The position numbers and the translations under genes are program-made. A stretch of DNA of 64,000 nt from a virus, in the IMG/VR virus record IMGVR_UViG_3300029240_000008; one strand, 5' to 3'. Positions 53,126 through 60,810 of this stretch are shown one piece after another. The notes under the pieces were generated by a model, which saw only the letters and a program-made list of their open reading frames with translations, ran no database searches and was not told where the DNA came from. The first letter of the stretch is position 1. Every line of letters begins with the position of its first letter.

Positions 53126-53406
53126 TTGTTCGCCATCTTTCTTTTTGATTTCAAGTATTTTCTGTATTTGCGACTGTATTTCCGAAGAATCAAATCAAGC
53201 ATGATGCTATTTGTCTGTTCTACGCTTTCTGGCATAGTTGTGAGATATGGATAATCTTCTCTATCATCTACTAATGTCTTGAAAATCAAGTCTAAGGCAA
53301 ACTGAGCACTGATAGGTGGATCGCACAGTTCAAAGTCTTCATCCTTGTACCACTCATCAATCTTCTTTTGGAATCCATCAAAGGATATTTCTTCGTTCCA
53401 TATCAT
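53122..53406 (-). CDS. hypothetical small protein
   Basis: 94-aa ORF overlapping its neighbours. Confidence 0.5.
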   Translation of the reverse strand: MIWNEEISFDGFQKKIDEWYKDEDFELCDPPISAQFALDLIFKTLVDDREDYPYLTTMPESVEQTNSIMLDLILRKYSRKYRKYLKSKRKMANK

Positions 53407-53636
53407 ACATTCACCATAAATTCTTTCTTGCAGTTGCTACCCTTACATTTATACGGCATCCGATAAATCTTTGTGGTCGGGAGAATCTTTAAGGCTTTCT
53501 TTCCGCAAAACGGACAAATTACCCATTTTGTACCATTTTCCATTTTAATTTGTGCTGAGCCGTCCCATGGTTCGGGTATATTCATATATTCGGAGAAGTC
53601 TACTCCCTCTGATTCAAGTGCTGTTTTAATGCTCAT
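53403..53636 (-). CDS. zinc-ribbon small protein
   Basis: 77 aa containing CPFCGKK...CKGSNCKK. Confidence 0.5.
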   Translation of the reverse strand: MSIKTALESEGVDFSEYMNIPEPWDGSAQIKMENGTKWVICPFCGKKALKILPTTKIYRMPYKCKGSNCKKEFMVNV

Positions 53637-53875
53637 TTACCGTTGTCCTTTCTGATCAATGTCAAAATCGTCAAATAATTGTCCCCGATGTAATCTGCTT
53701 TCCATGTTTTAGAAAGATTTCCCGTTTTGTTGTATATTACGGTCGTATTCCCTGCTAGAAGCAAGCGTCTGTCTGGATAGAACCTAGTCGGGATGTTCAT
53801 TCGGTGGCATTCTCCCTCGATATTGTATGTGGCGTCAAGAAAATCAATGTCCGAGCCTGAATAAACCAGTAACAT
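53633..53875 (-). CDS. hypothetical small protein
   Basis: GGAGGAAACAG SD. 80 aa. Confidence 0.5.
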   Translation of the reverse strand: MLLVYSGSDIDFLDATYNIEGECHRMNIPTRFYPDRRLLLAGNTTVIYNKTGNLSKTWKADYIGDNYLTILTLIRKDNGK

Positions 53876-54038
53876 ATTTCTGTTTCCTCCTAGTGGACTT
53901 ACGAATCATTGGTTTGCCGTGCATTTTTAAGTAATTATTTTTAATGAATGTACGTGGTATTCCGTATTTTATGCCATCGTGTAAAACGGATGTGTCAATC
54001 ATAACTGCATTATATTCGGTATTTTTATGTCGATTCAT
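53844..54038 (-). CDS. hypothetical small basic protein
   Basis: 64-aa ORF with a 32-nt overlap to the next gene. Confidence 0.4.
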   Translation of the reverse strand: MNRHKNTEYNAVMIDTSVLHDGIKYGIPRTFIKNNYLKMHGKPMIRKSTRRKQKYVTGLFRLGH

Positions 54039-54309
54039 TATCCCATCCCATTCCAGCTAAAATACATTCTGAAATATACGTTTTGCGTATGTTCTCTAAT
54101 TCGTTAATTGTTTTTGTCATGGCTTCTGCCATTCTATTATCATAGTATGTATTCCTAATTTGTAACTTATTTTCACGCGGATTAACGCTTATCGAATCTT
54201 CTAACAACGGATAATTTTCGCCTAAGAACACTGGCATATCTCCAAATCCATTCATCGAAAGCTCATCAAGTATATTTAATAATCGGCTAACAGTAATTTG
54301 ATTATCCAT
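54025..54309 (-). CDS. hypothetical small protein
   Basis: 94-aa ORF. Confidence 0.5.
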   Translation of the reverse strand: MDNQITVSRLLNILDELSMNGFGDMPVFLGENYPLLEDSISVNPRENKLQIRNTYYDNRMAEAMTKTINELENIRKTYISECILAGMGWDNEST

Positions 54310-54313
54310 AATA

Positions 54314-54643
54314 TCAACTCACCCCATGAATCTTTCTCATGTTTGCATATCGGTCAACCAAAGCGTCAAGAGCTACTGTTAGTTCGTTGATTCGGATGCA
54401 ATCGGACTGGTGTCGTTCACTGTACCATTGATTACTATGCTCCGTATCAGATTGAGAAGATATCAGTGGTGGTTGCGTCTCCCAAACGCCTTTCATAACT
54501 TCTCTGGTTTTCAACTCTTCTATATATGCCATAACAGTCAAATTGGCTTTTTCGAGTTTTTCTTTGAGTTCTTTGTTTTTTGCTACAAGTCTTTTATTTT
54601 CCTTTTCCAATTCCAAATTTTTTTTGCTTTCAACACCGTTCAC
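54314..54643 (-). CDS. hypothetical coiled-coil protein
   Basis: 109-aa ORF containing LELEKENKRLVAKNKELKEKLEK. Confidence 0.5.
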   Translation of the reverse strand: MNGVESKKNLELEKENKRLVAKNKELKEKLEKANLTVMAYIEELKTREVMKGVWETQPPLISSQSDTEHSNQWYSERHQSDCIRINELTVALDALVDRYANMRKIHGVS

Positions 54644-54658
54644 CTGAAATTCCTCCCG

Positions 54659-54898
54659 CTAAATTTTTGTAAAAATTTCCATGTCGTAGTTATCTCGAAT
54701 ATAATCCACGCATTCAGACAACTTTTCTTTTAAGAATGGGTCGTTTGCAATGTCTGGATGCAAGATATATAACATACAACTGTTTTCTTTTCCGTCTTTA
54801 TGAAATTTCTTCCAGTCAAAAGTCATTATGAACAATGGAATCCTTGTGAGATTTTTTGTCTTATATCTTATATAGAGATTGAATATCTTTTTGAACAC
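54659..54898 (-). CDS. hypothetical small protein
   Basis: 79-aa ORF. Confidence 0.45.
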   Translation of the reverse strand: MFKKIFNLYIRYKTKNLTRIPLFIMTFDWKKFHKDGKENSCMLYILHPDIANDPFLKEKLSECVDYIRDNYDMEIFTKI

Positions 54899-54909
54899 GA
54901 ATATCCCTC

Positions 54910-55119
54910 CTATCTGATCGAACTTAAAATAATTTTATTCTTGCACTGTGGACAAACAATGTATTTTTGCTTGTACCCGAATCCAGATGGCATATTTGTA
55001 GCAAAATGCTTCTCTATATTTTCTTCTTTAACATCTTCTTTTTCATCGTACTGCAACAATGCTCCGCATTTTACACATTTTATTCTTTTTAATGTTCCAG
55101 GAACTAAAATTTTAATCAT
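54910..55119 (-). CDS. zinc-ribbon small protein
   Basis: 69 aa containing CVKCGA...CPQCKNK. Confidence 0.5.
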   Translation of the reverse strand: MIKILVPGTLKRIKCVKCGALLQYDEKEDVKEENIEKHFATNMPSGFGYKQKYIVCPQCKNKIILSSIR

Positions 55120-55279
55120 TTTTTTCTCTTTCCTCCCTGTGCTTCATCTGGCACTCGATCATCTTTGCTATATTCTCACGTTCCTGTTTTATTCCATGTC
55201 CCTGACGGAACAACTCGCATTCGAGGATATTTCCGCATCTGGAACACTCGTCTTTGATTTCTTTTCCTGCTATTTGCAT
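55112..55279 (-). CDS. 55-aa Cys-containing protein (below the ORF-track cutoff)
   Basis: It has a TAATG overlap with the upstream gene and an ATGA-type overlap with the downstream gene. The product starts MQIAGKEIKDECSRCGNILECELF. Confidence 0.4.
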   Translation of the reverse strand: MQIAGKEIKDECSRCGNILECELFRQGHGIKQERENIAKMIECQMKHREEREKND

Positions 55280-55545
55280 TATTCGTCCCCATAATAAATT
55301 AAAAGGTGTTTGGCAATTTGTCTAAGTTCACTTTTTCCGTATAATCGGATTCCAGTTTTTAATCCGCGATCAATCAACCAATTTGCTACCTTTATAGGGT
55401 CTATGGGCGGTTCGTTTTCCAGCTCTTTTATAATAAGACCGCCATTATTAATAAGTTCAGACAAATCACTCATGCTTATTCTCCTCCCAACATTCACAAC
55501 TATCATCCAGGCATCTAAAGTCTGCACAATGTTCACTGTCGCCAT
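55279..55545 (-). CDS. hypothetical small protein
   Basis: 88-aa ORF, the first gene after the tRNA island. Confidence 0.5.
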   Translation of the reverse strand: MATVNIVQTLDAWMIVVNVGRRISMSDLSELINNGGLIIKELENEPPIDPIKVANWLIDRGLKTGIRLYGKSELRQIAKHLLIYYGDE

Positions 55546-55737
55546 TTCAGCAGACGCCTTCGCATACTGCGTACCATTTACACGTGCAACAACATTTACA
55601 TCCTTTTGTGTCCATAGCCATCTCCTTAATTAAAAAAATCCAGTGCGCCGACTTGAACGGCATAAATCTCCCAACGAGAAACACTGGAACCGAACGAAGT
55701 AAGAGAAAAAAATTCCAATGATTGCAGTTCATTGGAA

Positions 55738-55809
55738 TCGGAAAGGCAGGAATCGAACCTGCGGCACATAGCTTACAATGCCATTGCTCTACCACTGAGC
55801 TACATTCCG
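55738..55809 (-). tRNA. tRNA-Thr (anticodon UGU)
   Basis: Hand-folded cloverleaf. The acceptor CGGAATG/CTTTCCG has one mismatch. The D arm is GCTC-AGTGGTA-GAGC. The anticodon arm is ATGGC-ATTGTAA-GCTAT. The T arm is GCAGG-TTCGATT-CCTGC. Confidence 0.85.
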
Positions 55810-56100
55810 TACCGCCTATAACGGCCAGTTCTCTGAAAAGAAACTGGGTTGATTCCCACATCACATGCTTTCGGACCGGATGAAAATATCCAGATAAGCA
55901 TTAACCTTTCCATCGTAAAACACATGAACTAGATGGTTCTTTTAGAATTGCCGACTATCACTTCTCACGGCCCGTGGTCTCATCTCTCTAAAAAGTTTTT
56001 TACGCAAACGCCTAGTGAGTTGTACGTTTACGCTCATGCGTAAATCCACCTGAGACATAGACCGCCTGTATACAAACAGCTTAACTCTAAGCGGATTAAA

Positions 56101-56169
56101 GCGGAACGCCCGGAATCGAACCGGAGACCAGAGCGCGACTCTGTCAGTTTGCCACTAGCGTACATTCCA
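56101..56169 (-). ncRNA. degenerate tRNA-like element
   Basis: The acceptor (TGGAATG/CGTTCCG with GU pairs) and the T arm (TCCGG-TTCGATT-CCGGG) fold. The 35-nt middle cannot form canonical D and anticodon arms and is 4 nt too short. Confidence 0.4.
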
Positions 56170-56545
56170 CATAACCCGGAAACCCCGGGTTAGCAATATG
56201 TTTATCGTGTTATGCTTTCCACTAGGCAATTTCCTGCAACTTGGACTATCGTATTTTTGCCAACCTGACGGCTTTTTGGTAACCGTGGTATGCTCCACGG
56301 AGTTGTTTCGAAATTGGATATTTACGTCTTTATAGACAACGACAAAACCTTTTGATGTCTCTTAAAAACTTCCTGTCCTCAACGTGCACCTATTGACGAC
56401 AATTTAACTCAGAGACTGTGCCGAACGGGGAATTATCTTCATCGAACAGGCTGTGCCGTTACACACCTTTCATAAAAATAATCCACATACACTCATTCAG
56501 CAGTTTTTTCTGTCCATAAAACGGATAGACAGCATATGGAAGAAA

Positions 56546-56618
56546 TGGAAACTACAGGACTCGAACCTGTGACTTGTCGGTTATGAGCCGACCGTTCTGC
56601 CAACTGAACTAAGTTTCC
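56546..56618 (-). tRNA. tRNA-Met or tRNA-Ile2 (anticodon CAU)
   Basis: Perfect cloverleaf. The acceptor is GGAAACT/AGTTTCC. The D arm is GTTC-AGTTGGCA-GAAC. The anticodon arm is GTCGG-CTCATAA-CCGAC. The T arm is ACAGG-TTCGAGT-CCTGT. Confidence 0.9.
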
Positions 56619-56820
56619 TGAGCAGAGGGCTATTGCAGTTCAAGAGTAACTTCCTCTGCTGTTGCGATTCTTGCCCTCGCAGTCGCAACAAAGGGTCTAA
56701 ATGCTGTTCTGCATAAGCAGAGTCCAACCGGGGCGTTTGAAGCCCCTTTAATCATCCCCGTTGGGATAGATGGAACCAATTCGGAGGGGAACTATATCAT
56801 GGCTAAACAATATAGTCCGA

Positions 56821-56892
56821 CTGGGCTAGCGGGATTCGAACCCGCGAATACAGCAGTCAAAGTGCTGTTCCTTACCGCTTGGAGATAGCCCA
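56821..56892 (-). tRNA. tRNA-Gln (anticodon UUG)
   Basis: U1-A72 acceptor TGGGCTA/TAGCCCA. The D region ATCTCCAAGCGGTAAGGAA is typical of tRNA-Gln. The anticodon arm is CAGCA-CTTTGAC-TGCTG. The T arm is GCGGG-TTCGAAT-CCCGC. Confidence 0.9.
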
Positions 56893-57201
56893 TTATTTGT
56901 CCGGGATTTTACCCGGACTCGTGATAGAGTGATATATTTTATAAAATTTTAGAAAGCATCATGTCTATATTTGTACCGTTAAGTCCGCGCCAGTTACTTT
57001 GCAATGGGCGGGAAAAGTTATTCTCCATTAGGTTTCACCAACGCAGACCTAAGCTACTCTGGATGCCTCGACCTGTCAGATTCAAAGGCTTTCCCGAACC
57101 TGAGAACGACGGGCTTCTGCTTTTCTTGTATTTTCACCCATTCAATCAGTATGATGAACAGGGGAATTTGTATTGTGAATGCTAACCACATTGGGTTCTC
57201 C

Positions 57202-57378
57202 TTATAATCTAAAAATCACAACTGCATTAACTGCAAAACATATTTCCATTAATATAAATACTGCCGTTGCTATTGGATTGTTTTTCTTTTCGGTTTCGTC
57301 CTGTGATATAAGAAATGCTAAAACCAATGTGAAAAATGCAATATCCAACATGACTGCTACGAATTTTGCAAGAATCAT
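57202..57378 (-). CDS. 58-aa two-TM membrane protein (below the ORF-track cutoff)
   Basis: The ATG lies 3 nt after the upstream TAG, preceded by GGAGAGGAA SD. The product starts MILAKFVAVMLDIAFFTLVLAFLISQDETEKKNNPIATAVFILMEICFAVNAVVIF. Confidence 0.45.
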   Translation of the reverse strand: MILAKFVAVMLDIAFFTLVLAFLISQDETEKKNNPIATAVFILMEICFAVNAVVIFRL

Positions 57379-57383
57379 TCCTT

Positions 57384-57779
57384 CTATTCCTCTCCGATCA
57401 TAAAATCAAGAATCTTACCGGCGGTCTCGTCTTCTGGCTCGAATGGCAGGCCGCATGTACAGTACTTCTCAATCGCTGTTTTAAGGCTTGCTTTGAAACC
57501 ATTGTAAACTTCTCCGTGTATCAGAAGTTCGTGTCTTAAAACGGCTACTGCATCGGTCACGGATTCTGGTGTGAATCGAAATCGGATATCTCCAACCATT
57601 TCTATATCCGGCAGACCGAACATTTCAAACTCAAATGTCGGAACTTCATCGACATCAACATGGAAGTCAACCGATTTTACTCTTGGGATTTCTTTTCCAT
57701 CAACTACGCATCTGGTTCCACACCAACCACTTCCATCGGGATTAAATATCTTTACTTTTGGAGCATTAGTACTGTTCAT
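57384..57779 (-). CDS. hypothetical protein
   Basis: 131-aa ORF overlapping the upstream gene. Confidence 0.55.
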   Translation of the reverse strand: MNSTNAPKVKIFNPDGSGWCGTRCVVDGKEIPRVKSVDFHVDVDEVPTFEFEMFGLPDIEMVGDIRFRFTPESVTDAVAVLRHELLIHGEVYNGFKASLKTAIEKYCTCGLPFEPEDETAGKILDFMIGEE

Positions 57780-58086
57780 TCTTCAAGTCCTCCATTTCCT
57801 TTACGCTGATTCCGACTATCCTGGCGCTATCTTTGCTGTCTGTGGCTTTGAAATGTGCTTTAGGATGCTGCGGGTACATAAACTCGAACATGAGGTAATT
57901 TGCTGCATCCACGAGATATTCTGTGTTGCCGGTGGAATTGTATTTCTCAATACATCGTTCCATGGATGGGAGTGCTTGCACATTCCCGGTTTTAAAATTC
58001 TTCCTGGCAGGACCGTATTTATGATAGCTTACCTCGACTCGATTCTTACGAAGTTCATCAAAGCGTTCACTGTATTCTTCTGACAT
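57766..58086 (-). CDS. hypothetical protein
   Basis: 106-aa ORF. Confidence 0.55.
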   Translation of the reverse strand: MSEEYSERFDELRKNRVEVSYHKYGPARKNFKTGNVQALPSMERCIEKYNSTGNTEYLVDAANYLMFEFMYPQHPKAHFKATDSKDSARIVGISVKEMEDLKNEQY

Positions 58087-58136
58087 ATAAAAACCTCTTT
58101 TTTATTTTTTTGAGAAAAATTGAGTCGGCGTTTTTC

Positions 58137-58286
58137 CTATCTCCTTCGGAAATATTGTTCCAACGCTTCTCTGGTGATCTGCGATACGCTTTTGCCGGTT
58201 CGGTTCTTTTCGGCTATGAGCTTTCGCTCTAGCTGTCCTGTGAGACGGATTCTGATTGATTCGCCCTGAGGGTTATTCTTTTTCAT
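58137..58286 (-). CDS. ribbon-helix-helix protein (below the ORF-track cutoff)
   Basis: MKKNNPQGESIRIRLTGQLERKLIAEKNRTGKSVSQITREALEQYFRRR fits the RHH pattern. The start is embedded in the end of the upstream gene. Confidence 0.5.
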   Translation of the reverse strand: MKKNNPQGESIRIRLTGQLERKLIAEKNRTGKSVSQITREALEQYFRRR

Positions 58287-58530
58287 AGGCAGTGTCCATT
58301 TTTACTGAAAGGATTGGTTTGTCATCAGTTTTTGCTAAAAGCGTAATCCCTTTGCCTTCTTTCCAAGGTGATGTGACTATCTGAATATTAGAAACGCCAG
58401 TTTCGCTGCAGATATTCAGTAACTGTCTAGCAATATCCATCAGCCCTGACCGAAGATATCCATCGTTGTTTAATATTTTCTCCATCTTGTTCCTACCCTT
58501 CTGTGAATGTAAATGGTTATCATAAATCAT
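58273..58530 (-). CDS. hypothetical protein
   Basis: 85-aa ORF. Confidence 0.5.
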   Translation of the reverse strand: MIYDNHLHSQKGRNKMEKILNNDGYLRSGLMDIARQLLNICSETGVSNIQIVTSPWKEGKGITLLAKTDDKPILSVKMDTAYEKE

Positions 58531-58909
58531 TTATTGCTTTTAATTTCTGATTAGCAATTTCAACCTGAGAAGCAAGTACGCTAAGCGACACGTCTCTTAT
58601 AAATGATTCTTCTAACGCCATGTTTTCTCTCTGAAACAACATCGGAGCTGTAAGCACATAAATTTCAATATTCAAATCACGGAGTCGTCTCCATGTTTCT
58701 TCGATTTCATCCTTGGTATTTCCAATATCATCAACTCCGCAAATAATCAAAGAATCACCATTTCTCATGTTTTCGCAAAGATGTTCGAAATTATTATTTT
58801 CATCTATTGAGTCGCAAGCAAATGTGTCAATTTTTTCATTCAAAAGCATCTTTTTCTTTGCAAGCAATGGAAACCAAATGCCTGACTCTTTTGCATATCC
58901 TATTTTCAT
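58520..58909 (-). CDS. resolvase N-terminal-domain-like protein, probably catalytically degenerate, no HTH
   Basis: MKIGYAKES aligns with the resolvase GYARVS. GDSLIICGVDDIGNT aligns with GD.LVV..LDRLGR, but both Arg residues are replaced. Confidence 0.45.
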   Translation of the reverse strand: MKIGYAKESGIWFPLLAKKKMLLNEKIDTFACDSIDENNNFEHLCENMRNGDSLIICGVDDIGNTKDEIEETWRRLRDLNIEIYVLTAPMLFQRENMALEESFIRDVSLSVLASQVEIANQKLKAINDL

Positions 58910-59420
58910 ATTTATACCTGCCTTTCTGATATCGCCTTGTTGTTTATGGCAGAGAAACCATTAAGGCTTATGGCTTTCGTGTTGCAATCACTATCCCTGC
59001 CATGGTGAACTCTTTTTTTGTTTTTTTCGGAATTTTAAAGCCTTGCTGTTAGAAGAGGCTTTTTTAATTTTTCGGGAACTCGGAGTACTCACTCGGCGCG
59101 TATTGGGCTTTATATAGACCCCTCCCGGTGTCCCCTGCCGGACGCTACCAGGGAAGCCCGCCGCCCCATGGGTTCCCGCTTCCTTGGTTTAACGCTGACT
59201 TTTAATGGCCTGCGGCAGTGGTCAAGGGAATGTGTGATAACGGTTATTCAGCCAGAACATATGTATCTATGGAACAAACTTCAGTTTTCTTTATAGATCG
59301 GTGTACATATTAAACAAACACAGTCATTTTATATTGTGCATGTTATACAATTTACACTATTCAGGCTATTTCCATGCTCTTTTGTCCGCCCTCTGCGTAC
59401 TTTTTAGGGTCTCTGATCTG

Positions 59421-60029
59421 TTACAGCTCCGGCTTTTCCATCTCTGGAAGCTCCAGCGCCGCCCTGTGTTTATCTGCGATCTGCTGCGCTGTCTGGTGTG
59501 GTATGCCGTCCTGCTGTGCTGTCTGCACTGGTGCCGTCTCTGCCATACCGTAAGCTGCTTTTGCAACAAAAATCAAGTTGGCATTTGTGCCGGGCTGGTT
59601 GTTCAATCTATTGACTGTACAATTCTTGCAGATATCGAACCATTTTTTAACCGTGTCGCCGTGTGATGTGCTTGCCCTATACTGTCCATTAGACCATTTA
59701 GTGAACGTTCTGCGCTCTATTCCTACCAAAAAGCTAAATACTTCTAACGTTGGTAACACTCCGTATTTAGTACATATTCTCACATATACACTAAATATAT
59801 TATCTAATAATTCTATATCCTCTGTACCTGGTTTCGGTATTCTATCAGCAATATAAAAGATCATATCTACAAAACTATCAGCAACAACAGCTTTATATTC
59901 TTTCTGTGTGTCAAATTCTTCTGGAGATACTTGTAACACAGTGTTTATATATTCATCCACAAGTCTATATATATCATTCTCATACACTTCTATCCCCTGT
60001 TCTGTTACTGTTGTATTACTCTTTTTCAC
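59421..60029 (-). CDS. terminase small subunit-like protein
   Basis: GGAGGTGATACA SD and a GTG at 60029. The HTH-like region is LPTLEVFSFLVGIERRTFTKWSNG. NANLIFVAKAAYGM resembles the conserved terS C-terminal block. Confidence 0.5.
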   Translation of the reverse strand: MKKSNTTVTEQGIEVYENDIYRLVDEYINTVLQVSPEEFDTQKEYKAVVADSFVDMIFYIADRIPKPGTEDIELLDNIFSVYVRICTKYGVLPTLEVFSFLVGIERRTFTKWSNGQYRASTSHGDTVKKWFDICKNCTVNRLNNQPGTNANLIFVAKAAYGMAETAPVQTAQQDGIPHQTAQQIADKHRAALELPEMEKPEL

Positions 60030-60198
60030 TGTATCACCTCCAAAAATTGAAATAAAAAAAGACGACAAAAACACGCTTGCAGATACACTCTGGGACCTTT
60101 CTAAATCCCTTTCTTCTTTCCGATCTGCTACGGTTTTAATCGTCTTAAATAGTCTTAATTATCATTATTGCCTTTCGGCTTATTCAGTTGTTAATTCT

Positions 60199-60227
60199 GT
60201 TTTATCATACTTTTATATCACTGTCAA
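60199..60227 (-). promoter_or_regulatory. promoter upstream of terS
   Basis: On the minus strand: TTGACA (60222..60227), a 17-nt spacer, then TGATAAAAC, an extended -10. Confidence 0.45.
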
Positions 60228-60407
60228 CAGTCTATTTAATTTTATTTTTACCGTTACATTACTCTTATTAACTCTATATATCTATACGGTACTGTATAGT
60301 ATGTATATTAATAAACTCTAGGTCTTTAGAATCTTGGAGGGGATTATAAATACAGTTATTATATATTTATACATCTTGTAATACGGTCATTTTCCGGCAT
60401 ATATCGC

Positions 60408-60517
60408 ACAAAAAGCCAGACCTTCCGGCACCTTGTCCGGCGTGATCTGGCCTGCTAAATTCTTATTCTTTTCGCGCTCTGGCTACCGCTCCCCTCCTGA
60501 GTTCCGTCGCCTGTCGT
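60408..60517 (-). ncRNA. candidate sRNA 2 (GC-rich, own promoter and terminator)
   Basis: On the minus strand: TTGATT (60548..60553), a 17-nt spacer, TAAAAT (60525..60530). About 110 nt follow without a start codon. The terminator is GCCAGA..TCTGGC plus TTTTTG (60409..60451). Confidence 0.45.
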
Positions 60518-60612
60518 TGATTTTATTTTATCCACATCTTTTTTAAAAATCAAGTCCCAAAATAAAAAAATTTTTGCTTGACAACTTCGACAGTTTTATG
60601 ATAAATGTATTT

Positions 60613-60708
60613 TAACAACTTCGGCGGCGGGGTTGTTCCCCCGCACTTATTACGCCGCCAGAATAAGAAAACAAAAGCCCCCGGGATTATCTCTCAGGGG
60701 CTTATTTT
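60613..60708 (+). ncRNA. candidate sRNA 1 (repeat-like GC hairpin + A-rich tail + terminator)
   Basis: TTGACA (60578..60583) followed by TGATAAAT. A 7-bp stem GGCGGCG/CGCCGCC spans 60623..60659. The tail AGAATAAGAAAAC follows. The terminator is AGCCCC..GGGGCT plus TATTTT. Confidence 0.5.
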
Positions 60709-60810
60709 GCGTCTTTCCAAAATGGAAATATTAAAATTTGCACTTATTCAGTACTATTTCAAGTTTACATTCAATTACCTCAGTAATTGTTGTCTAAATA
60801 ATACTATAGA

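Noticed and set aside
55547-55864. 105-aa minus-strand ORF.
   Set aside because: It runs straight through tRNA-Thr (55738..55809) and its upstream hairpin. It has no SD and a Cys/Trp-rich nonsense-like product.
58520-58909. Active serine recombinase / invertase that could flip a nearby segment.
   Set aside because: Only the N-terminal resolvase-like fold is present. The conserved Arg residues of the DRLGR block are replaced (DDIGN). No HTH domain or flanking inverted repeats were found.
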